Positions 1 to 10,600 of a stretch of DNA of 37,021 nt are shown in pieces. Made by a program: the position numbers and the translations under genes. Where the stretch lies: positions 1 through 37,021 of the forward strand of contig JAGARF010000220.1 in assembly GCA_017622395.1 (NCBI GenBank). Reading direction: 5' to 3'. The notes beneath the pieces were generated by a model. It ran no database searches. It saw only the letters and a list, made by a program, of their open reading frames with translations, and was not told where the DNA came from. Positions within the stretch are counted from its first letter, which is position 1. Every line of letters begins with the position of its first letter. The DNA comes from Clostridia bacterium. GTDB lineage: Bacteria > Bacillota > Clostridia > RGIG6154.

Positions 1-3000
1 AATCTTATTTTTATTTGAGCTTGAAACCGCTCCGCCGTCGTATTGCACACCATCTACCGTAAGTATTATGTCGTAACCCGGGTTGTTGTAATAGGTTGTG
101 TAATACTGACAAAGCTCCACTAAACCTGTCTGATGGCTTGAGTCGGTATAATACACTTCTATTTCATAGTCTGTAACAGCTACCGCTGCAGACATAGCAA
201 ATCTTATATAGTCATAATTACTCTTTTCGGTTTCTTTTAATGTGTATGTATAGTTGGTATTACCTGCCTGCTTTTCTGCAGAACTGCAATTATCCTTGTA
301 GGTTTTTGTACTTATGGCATTTAAAGAGTTTGTATCATATCCAACCTGTGGGAATTTATAAACAGTATCACCGAATTTATAATATCCGTCTGCAGGTACA
401 AGTCTTTTTAGGTTTGTAAGATTATACATACCAAGAGTGTTGTTCGTTCCGCCAAGAAGGTTTTTGTCGTTATGTGTTTCACCCTCATTGTTAAATACAT
501 CAACATTAAAATCCCCTTCAATATCAAACTGAACAGATGCAGGCATTTCAACAAGTGCAAGGTCATATGTGTGGAACACATTGACTCCGTCGCTGTTTTG
601 CCACTTACTTCCGTCTCTTGCGATATTTCTTGCAGTTACTCTCCAATAGAAGGTATCAAACTCTTCAGGAAGGGAGGTTACGGTTTCAAAGTTAAAGTAA
701 GAATTTTCATTTTTGTATACAATATTGTTCATCTGAGGGTCTGTTGCAATCTCCAATGTGAAATAATCGGAGGATACAGGTCTTTCCCACATAAATGTAA
801 CATTTTTCTTATCAGCAACTCTGCCGTTGTTTTCAGGATATGTTAAGTTAAACTCCTTATACTCAGCAGGAAGGTTTTTGGCATTTTTAAGTGCAACCTG
901 ATTAAGCTCAAAGCCTAAATCATAAGAAGTCTTCCCGTTTTCCAAAAGTCCGATTGTGTTTAAATCAAAGCTTTCGTCAAGTGCTCCGCCACCTGTTTCG
1001 CCTTTTATTCTGAAATCTCTTTCTTCGTAGTTAACAAAGGTATCCTTGCTTGCGTCTTCTATGTTATCCTCAAACACACTTCCGAATTCTCTGTAAACAT
1101 CGTAAACATTACCATCTACATCCTTGTTTTCAGGTGCTCTCCACGGTCTGTTTGCAATATTTCCTATATATTCGTTTCCGATAGTTGATTTTAATGATAA
1201 AAGTCTGTATTTTGTTAAATCAGCTCCGTTGTCAATATCTGTCTGTATCTGCGGATTTACCCTTGTAACGATAGGATATTTTTTAGCAAACTGAGGTACG
1301 GTTTCATTTGGATTTAAAAGTGTTTCGATTGAGTCGTTCATTTCAGGGTATCTTTCAAAGAAGAACTCATTTCTCTCAATCAAATCATAAGTTTTAGGTT
1401 TTCCGTCATCAAGGACAATATCTATTTTCGTGCCTTTTTCACCAACTCCTGAAATCTTTATTATTTCATCAAAAGCTGTGCAATCTGCGTGATTTCTGTA
1501 ATCCTCAACAAATCTGTTTGCACGGGTCATAGTTTCGTCTGCATCAACAATTGTGTTGTAGTTTATTTTGTTATGATGTCCTCCGCCGTTTTGTATGCCG
1601 TTTGCATCTTCACCGACACCATTTGAGAAAATAATGTTATGGTGAATACTTATTCCGCTTAATCTGTCGTCAAGATATACACCTACACAATTATCCTTTG
1701 TTCTTTCATCAAGCTGCTTGTAGTCGTGGATATAGTTGTATGCAATTTCTGTGCCTCTTGTTGCAAGCTGTCTGCCGTTGTAGATAACACCGCAGTCGCC
1801 TGTATCTCTGAGCATATTGTAAAGCTCGTTGTAGGCAATAACATTTTCATTACCTGAATGGTTGATTGCGTGGAAGGTACCCATATGTACCTCATTATTC
1901 AACGCATAGTTTAAAACACCGTTTACCTGTATGTTAGGGGTACATCTTTGCTTGTTTGAAGCATTGTAAATATAGTTGTTTGCAATAACATTGTTTCCTC
2001 TTGAAAGTGTTTCTCTTTCTCCGCCTGCGAAACTTATTGCAGATGCTCCTATATTTATAAATCTGTTATTTCTTACTTCACAATTTTCAGCCGCATCGTA
2101 ATAGTTTGCAGTTCCCCACAGCTTACTGCTGTAAACATTTACACCATTATATTGTACTGCTCTGTTTGAAATGTTTTTGAACTCACAGTTATAAAGATTA
2201 AGCTCTTCAACACTTAATCCTGCAGTAAAAGCATTTCCTCTTATTTTGTCGAACTTAAGTCCGTCAAAATTTATATAGTCTGTATTAATCACATTGACTG
2301 TATCAAGCTTTCTTGCCGCAAACTGAATTTCTGCATTTTCATCAAAATCTTCGGTGGGGTAGTAGTAGAAAATATTTGTATCTCTGTCTAAATACCATTC
2401 ACCCGGCACATCAAGCTCAGAAAGTGCGTGCTTTATTTTATATCTTCTGCTGTGTTTTTCGTCTGCATCAAATCTTGCAGGATTTTTGAATTTAATCAAA
2501 TCTCCGTCAATGGTTAAATTATTTCTTTCGTTTGAATAGTCAACAGAAGGGTAGCCCTCAAAATATGCATACTTTTCACCCTGCCAATTCTTTGAACGCA
2601 AAGCATCCGCCTTTATTGTGACAGAATTTATATTAGTGTCTGCAACAGATACCCATGTATCATAGTTACTTTCGCCGTTTGGATACTGTGCAACCATCTG
2701 CTCCTTGTCATTTACAAAGAATGAGATATCCTCAAAGCTGTCTCCAAGAATATTTGTACTTGAATAAACAGGCATAGCTCCTGCATCTATTCCGAGTAAA
2801 TCAAGGTCAGCCTTATAAATTTTTCCTATCAGGTCTGACGGAATTCTGCTGTCCTCACCCTCTTTTACAAGTTTGAAATCCTTAAAATCAACGGTGTCAG
2901 CAGTTGTGAAAACCGCATCGCCGTCAGCCCTGTAGGTTACAGGAAATCCCTCTTTGCCCGAATCGTTTATATCGAAAACAACTGTTTTATCTAAATGATA

Positions 3001-4668
3001 TACTCCTTCGTGGATAATAACATTTACAGGTCTGTCCTTTTTAAGATTTTTTACAAAAACTCTTGCTCCGTCAAGAGTTTTAAGAGGGTCCTTTTCACTT
3101 CCGCTCCCATTGTCATTGCCATTTGGTGCAATATGAACCTCATATTTTCCGTCTGCACCTACATTATATTCTGTAAGGGCGGTCAGCTTTTCCATCAGGG
3201 CTTTGTCAAAGTCACCCTTTGATATACCCTGATTTAAAAGAAAATCAATACGCCTTTTAATTCTGTTTAATTCTTCATATATGCTTGCATCAAAATTTTC
3301 GGGCAGGTCTTTTATTTCATTTTCAAGCTTTGCAATATCATCATTATAAGAGGTTGCCTCTGTTTTGCTTGCGGTTACTGCGTGAAGATAAACAGGATAG
3401 TTTACATTATGAATTACACCTATGTAATAATCTCTTTCTTCCTCATAGCCTGCAACATTTTCAAGCTGTTTGCTGTTTATTGGTATAAAGTAGCTGTCTG
3501 AGCAGGATCTTTCCTGCGGCGTTGTTTCTCTTGATGTATATTTGCTGTAAGCTATACCGCCAAGTGCCTTAATTTCGTCAACAGTTGCATAAGACACCTT
3601 AACTCTGTCTATAGCCTTGTCCTCTGTATCAACAGTAACTGCCGTTGCATTGCCTGAATTGGTCTCTTTCCCTATCGTTTTGACAGAGGTGCCATCTTCC
3701 TGGCTTACATAGTAGACCTTTATGCCGTCACCAATTTTAAAATATCTGTCAATATTCGCCTCGTCGGGAGACCAGAGAGTATCAAGACTTTTGGCAAGGG
3801 TATCTTTACCTAAATATTCACTATATATTACCTCTTTGTCCTCAAGAGTTGAATAAAGGGACATTCTGTAACCGTAACAGTAAGGACCTATAATATGGAG
3901 CTGTTCTTTTGAGGTTCCGTCTGCGAAATATATTGTTGTCTTTGCCATTTGAACCTGTCTTGCATACTCTCCTGCAAGGTAGTTAATACCTGACATAAGA
4001 AAGCTTACCTGATTGTATTTTGTGCTTCCGTCAAATCTTATCTCATAAGAATTTGATGAGGATACAATACCTGCATTATAGGTGTTTTCTCCTGTTTTTT
4101 CAGAAATTCCGCTGTATACATACTGAAAATTATTATCTGCAGTGATATAATATTCACCAAATTTATCCGGGAAAGTTTTGGGGTATTTTGCTTTTACGGT
4201 GTCAGTATTATAAAAACCTATAAAAGAGCCGTATGGAACTGTTGCAGGAAAATGTTTATCATTGGTTGGTTGCATAACAATGCCCTTCTTGTATGCAATC
4301 TCATCAACACTTTGAACTGCATCATATTCAAACATATCAACACAGGCAAGAGAATCTTTCTCCTGCCAATTTATTTTTATTCTGTCCTGATAAACAGTGC
4401 TTTTGAGCCAGGTGTTGTGGGGATTTTTATGTTTTGTGAAATATTTTCTATATTTTTCTTTGCCTATATCATTCTCCATAAAACCGTTGGTTTCTATAAG
4501 TGCGTCAATTTCTGCAATTATATCCCCGTTTCCCACCTGATAGCTTTCAGGCAAAGCATTAATAAGAGAAATAACTCTGTCAAGGTCTGTCTGCTCAGCA
4601 GATGCAGGCAGACAAACCATATTTAATACTAATAATAACGCTCCGATTATAGCTACTGTCTTTTTCAT
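1..4668 (-). CDS. Giant secreted right-handed beta-helix (pectin-lyase-fold) protein, 3'-truncated by the window edge; paralog of residues ~820-2496 of the adjacent 2496-aa protein
   Basis: Absent from the ORF track because no stop codon lies in the window. Hand translation of the minus strand from ATG at 4668 (SD aagggag 5 nt upstream, only 11 nt after the stop of the upstream gene) gives MKKTVAIIGALLLVLNMVCLPASA/EQTDLDRVISLINALPESY... The frame (codon first bases = 0 mod 3) stays colinear with the paralog at three checkpoints (positions 1872, 1215, 513) and is still open at base 1 (...ILTVDGVQYDGGAVSSSNKNKI). It contains the same beta-helix motifs as the paralog: EWYLDRDTNIFYYYP, NRFINIG, DTGDCGVIYNGRQ, VYLDDRLSG. 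Confidence 0.85.
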   Translation of the reverse strand, partial: MKKTVAIIGALLLVLNMVCLPASAEQTDLDRVISLINALPESYQVGNGDIIAEIDALIETNGFMENDIGKEKYRKYFTKHKNPHNTWLKSTVYQDRIKINWQEKDSLACVDMFEYDAVQSVDEIAYKKGIVMQPTNDKHFPATVPYGSFIGFYNTDTVKAKYPKTFPDKFGEYYITADNNFQYVYSGISEKTGENTYNAGIVSSSNSYEIRFDGSTKYNQVSFLMSGINYLAGEYARQVQMAKTTIYFADGTSKEQLHIIGPYCYGYRMSLYSTLEDKEVIYSEYLGKDTLAKSLDTLWSPDEANIDRYFKIGDGIKVYYVSQEDGTSVKTIGKETNSGNATAVTVDTEDKAIDRVKVSYATVDEIKALGGIAYSKYTSRETTPQERSCSDSYFIPINSKQLENVAGYEEERDYYIGVIHNVNYPVYLHAVTASKTEATSYNDDIAKLENEIKDLPENFDASIYEELNRIKRRIDFLLNQGISKGDFDKALMEKLTALTEYNVGADGKYEVHIAPNGNDNGSGSEKDPLKTLDGARVFVKNLKKDRPVNVIIHEGVYHLDKTVVFDINDSGKEGFPVTYRADGDAVFTTADTVDFKDFKLVKEGEDSRIPSDLIGKIYKADLDLLGIDAGAMPVYSSTNILGDSFEDISFFVNDKEQMVAQYPNGESNYDTWVSVADTNINSVTIKADALRSKNWQGEKYAYFEGYPSVDYSNERNNLTIDGDLIKFKNPARFDADEKHSRRYKIKHALSELDVPGEWYLDRDTNIFYYYPTEDFDENAEIQFAARKLDTVNVINTDYINFDGLKFDKIRGNAFTAGLSVEELNLYNCEFKNISNRAVQYNGVNVYSSKLWGTANYYDAAENCEVRNNRFINIGASAISFAGGERETLSRGNNVIANNYIYNASNKQRCTPNIQVNGVLNYALNNEVHMGTFHAINHSGNENVIAYNELYNMLRDTGDCGVIYNGRQLATRGTEIAYNYIHDYKQLDERTKDNCVGVYLDDRLSGISIHHNIIFSNGVGEDANGIQNGGGHHNKINYNTIVDADETMTRANRFVEDYRNHADCTAFDEIIKISGVGEKGTKIDIVLDDGKPKTYDLIERNEFFFERYPEMNDSIETLLNPNETVPQFAKKYPIVTRVNPQIQTDIDNGADLTKYRLLSLKSTIGNEYIGNIANRPWRAPENKDVDGNVYDVYREFGSVFEDNIEDASKDTFVNYEERDFRIKGETGGGALDESFDLNTIGLLENGKTSYDLGFELNQVALKNAKNLPAEYKEFNLTYPENNGRVADKKNVTFMWERPVSSDYFTLEIATDPQMNNIVYKNENSYFNFETVTSLPEEFDTFYWRVTARNIARDGSKWQNSDGVNVFHTYDLALVEMPASVQFDIEGDFNVDVFNNEGETHNDKNLLGGTNNTLGMYNLTNLKRLVPADGYYKFGDTVYKFPQVGYDTNSLNAISTKTYKDNCSSAEKQAGNTNYTYTLKETEKSNYDYIRFAMSAAVAVTDYEIEVYYTDSSHQTGLVELCQYYTTYYNNPGYDIILTVDGVQYDGGAVSSSNKNKI

Positions 4669-4679
4669 AATTTCTCCCT

Positions 4680-7600
4680 TTATTTTATAGGTAATTTAGT
4701 TGTATATGGCTTCATTGTGTTAGGGTCTCTTTCCCATAAAAACATAGCTCTGCTTGTCATTCTCTCTGCCTTTTCAGGAATTTCTATGTTAAGTACTCCT
4801 GCATATTTATTGTTTCTTATTGTTGCAGTAACCATAATAACCGTATATTCCCCGTCTATATAGCCTGTTATTATAACATTTGCATTTTTCTCTGCTCCTG
4901 AGTAGTTTTTCATAGAAATTGCCTGCACCTTATTTCCGTTTGCAAGAATTCTTTCGGACTGAACACCTGTTATGGCGAAGATATATTCGTCATTAGTACC
5001 TCCATTGTATACAGTTCCGCTTGTTCTTACAAATTCAATGCTTTTAAGGACTTTAGTATTATCTGTGTCAATAACAGCCTCATATATTTTATTCATAGTA
5101 TACGGAGTTACAGATGATACTTTCTGTCCCTGATAGTTTACGCCGTCAACAGTAAGAATAATATTTGCTGTTTCGTAGCTGTGTGCAGTTGAGTAATACT
5201 GATGAAGTGCAACCGTAAGGGTTTCTGATGAATTATCAGTATAATGAGCAATTATCTGATAATCCTTTGCAGCCAATTTAGAACTCATTGCAAGTTTAAC
5301 CTTATCATAATAGCCCTGTTCTTCGGTTTTAAGTGTGTATGTATAATTACCTTTTTTGCCCAAAAGCTTATCCCAGGAACTAAGGTTATCATAACAAACC
5401 TGTGTACTTACAGCATTATTCTTGCTTGTGTCATAACCAACCTGAGGGAAGCAGAAAGCCGCTCCTCCATATTCATAATATCCGTTCGCAGGAACTATTT
5501 TCTTTAAATTTGTAAGGTTATACATACCAAGAGTACCGCCTGAACTTATACCTCCAAGGAGATTTTTGTCACTGTGAGTTTCTCCTTCATTATTGAATAC
5601 ATCAACATTAAAGTCTGCAGAAATATCAAAAGGTACCGCCGCATCTTCATAAATATCAATACTTACTGAATATAGAGTTTTGATTTTTCTTACTCCGTCA
5701 GAATTTGTCCAGCTGTTTCCATTTCTGCCGATATTTCTTGCAGTAACTCTGAAATAGAATTCATTCTGGCTGTAATCGCTTAAGTCAACATTAAGTCTTG
5801 AGAAGTACGCATTTTCGTTTCTGTAGATAATGTTGCTCATATTTTCATCTGTTGCGATTTCAACTGTGTAATAGTCAGCAGGAGCAACTCTTTCCCATTC
5901 AAGATAAACATTTGATTTATCAGAGCCGTCAACGCAGATTATTTCAAAGCTTCTGTCAAGTCCTGCTTTTGGATTAACTGTATTAATTCTGTTAAGCTCA
6001 AAGTCAAGGTCGTATGAAACAGAGCCATCTGCCTGAATACCGATTTTGTTTAAATCAAAGCTTTCATCAAGTGCTCCGCCATTAGTTTCGCCTTTAATTC
6101 TGAAATCTCTGCCTGCGTAGTTAACAAAGGTATCTGTTGTTGCATTATCAACATTGTCTGTATTTGTGCTTCCGAATTTTTCGTAAACATCATAAATATT
6201 ACCATCTATGTCCTTGCTTTCAGATGCTCTCCAAGGTCTGTTTGCGATATTTCCGATATATTCGTTTCCGATAGTTGATTTTAATGATAAAAGTCTGTAT
6301 TTTGTAAGGTCATTGCCATTTGCAATATCCTGTGAAAGATTTCCGTATCTTCCGCCCTCTGAAAATTCAGGAAGTGTTAAAATAAACGGATATTTATTAA
6401 CAAACTGCGGTACAGTTTCATTTGGATTTATGAGAGTTTCAATTGAGTCATACATTTCTGGATATCTTTCGAAATAGAACTCGTTTTTTGCAAGCATTTT
6501 GTATTTCTTGGTATTTCCGAGGTCAAGAAGCAGTAACACTTCTTCTCCTTCTGAAGCCATACCTGAAATTCTTATAAGCTCGTCAAATGCTGTGCAGTCT
6601 GCATTATTTAAATAATCAGCAATCAATCTGTTTGTTCTTGTCATTGTTTCGTCAGCATCAACAATTGTGTTGTAGTTTATTTTATTGTGCTGACCGCCGC
6701 CGTTCTGGATACCGTTTGCATCATCACCCACACCGTTACTAAAAATTATGTTGTGGTGAATATTTATTCCGCTTAATCTGTCATCAAGATAAACAGCAAC
6801 ACCGTTATCCTTTGTTCTTTCGTCTAAATGCTTATAGTCGTGGATATAGTTGTATGCAATCTCTGTACCTCTTGTTGCAAGCTGTCTGCCGTTGTAGATA
6901 ACACCGCAGTCGCCTGTATCTCTGAGCATATTGTAAAGCTCGTTGTAGGCAATAACATTTTCATTACCTGAATGGTTGATTGCGTGAAAAGTACCCATAT
7001 GTATTTCGTTATTTAATACATAGTTTTTAGCACCTGTAACCTCTATGTCAGGATTACATTTTTGCTTATCACTTGCATTGTATATATAGTTATTTGCAAT
7101 TACATTGTTGCCCTCTGATAATGTTGAACGGTTACCGCCAATAAATTTAATTGCATTGCTACCGATATTTATAAATCTGTTGTTTCTTATTTCGCAGTTT
7201 TTAGCCGCATCTGTGTAGTTTGCAATATTTGCAAGAGTTGATGAACTTGTTTTAGCTGTATATCTTACTGCTATATTTGAAATATTTGTAAACTGACAGT
7301 TGTATATATTAACATTATCCTGAGAAGCTCCTGCGACAAATGCATTTCCTCTTATTTTATCAAACTTAACACCGTCAAGATAGAAATTAGATAAACCTGT
7401 TGTGGTTGTAATTGCATCTAACTTTCTTGTTGCAATCTGAATTTTTGAGCCTTCGTTAAAGTCAGCTGTTGGGTAGTAGTAGAGAATGTTTGTATCTCTG
7501 TCTATATACCATTCGCCCGGGGAGTCAAGCTCATAGAGCATATGCTTAACCTTGTATCTTCTTGAGTGGTTTTCATCAAGCTCAAATCTTGCCTTATTTT

Positions 7601-10600
7601 TAAAGCAGATTAAATCTCCCTCAATTGTTATGTTGTTTCTTTCGTTTGAATAGTCGGGAGAAGGATAGCCTTCAAAGTATGCAAACTTTTCGTTTTGCCA
7701 TTTTTTCGCACGATTTGCATTAACCTTTATTTTTCCTGAATTAATTGAAGTATCTGCAAGGTCAACCCAGGTTTCATAGTTACTTTCGCCGTTTGGATAC
7801 TGTGCAACGCTTTGCTCCTTATCATTTACAAAGAAGGTAACATCCTCGAAGCCGTCACCGCCTATTGCAGTTGAGTAAAACATCGGCATATCGCCTGCAT
7901 AAATTCCGTGGTCTGAAAGGTTAACCTTTAACACCTTTCCTATAACCTTTGGCTGAAGTCTTTCTCCTGCTTCTTTTTCGGTAACCTTTTCAAAGTCGTA
8001 GTAGCTTAAAGTATCTGCAGTTGTAATAACACCGCCCATACCTTTGATTGTAACAGGGTTTTCCTTTGTTCCTGAATCAAAGGCAGTAAGCTCAAGGGTT
8101 TTTGACAGGTTGTGTTCACCTTCAAGAAGAATTATATCTACAGGTCTTGCATTTTTATATGTTCTTGCAATTGCCTTTGCTCTTTCCAAAGTCTTAACAG
8201 GAGAGCCATAGTATCCGTATCCGCTGTCGTCTCCGTCTGGGGAAACATAAATTTCATAATGTCCGCTTTCAGCAACATTGCTTTCAAGGAGATTTTCAAG
8301 CTTTTCAAGTAAAGCACTGTCAAAGCTTGCTTTAGATACACCCTGATTTTCAAGGAAAGCTATTCTGCTTTCAGCATCTTTCATAGCCTTAACTTCATTA
8401 ATATCAAATTCCTCTGAAAGGCCCTTGATTATGTTTTCTATTTCGGCAATATCCTCTGCATATGAACTGCTTTCTGTTCTAACGCCCGTTACGCCGTGAA
8501 GATATACAGGGTATAAAGGATTTATGATAACAGACATATAATAATCTCTGTTTTCTTCATAGCCTGTTATGCCTGCAAGCTGAGATTTGTCTATCGGAAT
8601 ATAATATGTGTTTTTACTTTCTCTCTCAATATCAGTTGTTACGCCGTCGTTAGTTTCCTGTCTGACATATTTATCGTAAGCAACGCCGCCCATTTTCTGA
8701 AGGTCGGAGGCTGTTGCATAAGATACGCTTACTTTTTCAACTGCTTTACCCTCTGCATCAATATTTATAGCTGTTGCTCTGCCAAGTGTTGAGTCTTTTT
8801 TGATTTCCTTTGTAACCTGGTCAACGTTATAATAAAGTCTGATACTGTCAGGTGCAAGCTTGAAATAACTGCTTACATTAGCCTCTTTTGGATACCACAG
8901 TTCATCAAGATTCCTTTTTATTCTTTCGCTTAATAATTCGCTGTATGGCAATGCATCACCATCAAGCATTGAATAAAGTGCCATTCTGTAGCTGTAGGCG
9001 AAATTACCAACAAGAGAAATTTCCTCTTTTGATGTTCCGTCTGCAAAAGAAACCTTTGTTTTTATTGCCTGAAGCTGTCTTGAATACTCACCTGCAAGGA
9101 AGGTAATACCATTTGCAAGAATACTGATTGTGTCATACTTTGTAACTGAGTCAAAGGGGATTTCAAATCCGTATGATGGTGCAATCATACCTGCATTATA
9201 GGTATTTTCGCCAATTGTTTCTGAAATTCCTCTGTAGCCGTATGTAATATTATTGTTTTTGATGTAATATTGGTTATATTTATCAGGGAAGGTGTCAGGG
9301 TTTTTAGTTTTTGCTGAATCTGCAGAATAAAAACCGATAAATTGACCGTGAGGATAGTTACTTGGCAAAACATTGTTTGTAGAGCTCATAACAATACCCT
9401 GCTTGTTTGGAATTTCTTCAAGCTTTGCTGTGCTGAATTCAAATATGTCTGCTGCGTGCATATCGTCCTTTGCTGTCCAGTCAATAACCATTCTGTCCTG
9501 ACTGTTTTTAACATTAAGCCATTCATTATAAACAGCAAGATGGCTTTCATATCTTTCATAATAAGGTGATAAAGATTTAATATACGCCTCTGCTACACCG
9601 TCTTTTATAAGACCTTCTATAAGTCTTTTTGCTTCAGCAGCAGTTTTACCTGTTTCATTTGAATATTTTTCAGGCATATTGTTTAAAATCGTAACAAGCT
9701 CTTTTATAGACTCGCCGTAAGAATCCATAAGCTCTTTTTGTTCATAAAGATATTCAATTTTTTCATAAAGCTTTTCATCAAAGTCTTCTTCGGTAACTAC
9801 ACCGCCTGCTATGATTTCTTTGATTTCTTCTCTTATTGCAAGGATTTCCTCTGCATCTTTTTCAAGATACGCTTCAGGAAGCTTTTCAATTCTTGCTTCA
9901 ATAGCATTGATTTTGTCTGATAAAGAAAAACTTGAAACTGACATACCAAAAAGATCTGTCCTTCCCTGACATGTTCTGCCGAAGTCTATGAATAAATCAT
10001 AGTTGCCGTTATAGCCGTCAAGAGTAACCTTGTGATATGTATTCTGTGTCTGTGATCCAAGTCTTTGATCATGCGGAGCTATTACCTTATCTGAGTCGCC
10101 GGTTCCCATCCAGCTAGAAATTGAAATCTTTTTAATAATTCTTGTGCTATCTATTGGTATTGATGCATCTTCAACATAATAAGTTGCTGTATAGCCATTT
10201 TGAGTAGGTCTATAGACTCTTGTTGTTCCAAGGTTGAATTTTTTAGTGTATATCAGTTTTACACCACTTGCAAGACCTGTAAATACAAAGTCTTCTATTT
10301 TTGCATCTGCTTTTACACCAACTGTGCTCATACCTGCTGTATCAAGAGATACATAGTTTGTTTTTGCATCAACCAACTCCTGCTGAGTATATTCGCTGCC
10401 GTCTGCCTTTTTAGGGAAAGCTCTTACAATTTTTGTACGATCTTCTTCCTTGAGTTTCTCTTCTGTTGTTATTATATAAACAGTTTCAGGGTCACCTGTT
10501 GTATACTCTATTGTTACAGGAATAAGAGTCATATCTCCTTCCTTCTCATATGTACGCATTAAGATATTGAGATAGTCGCCCGAAATATTTATATTGTCGA

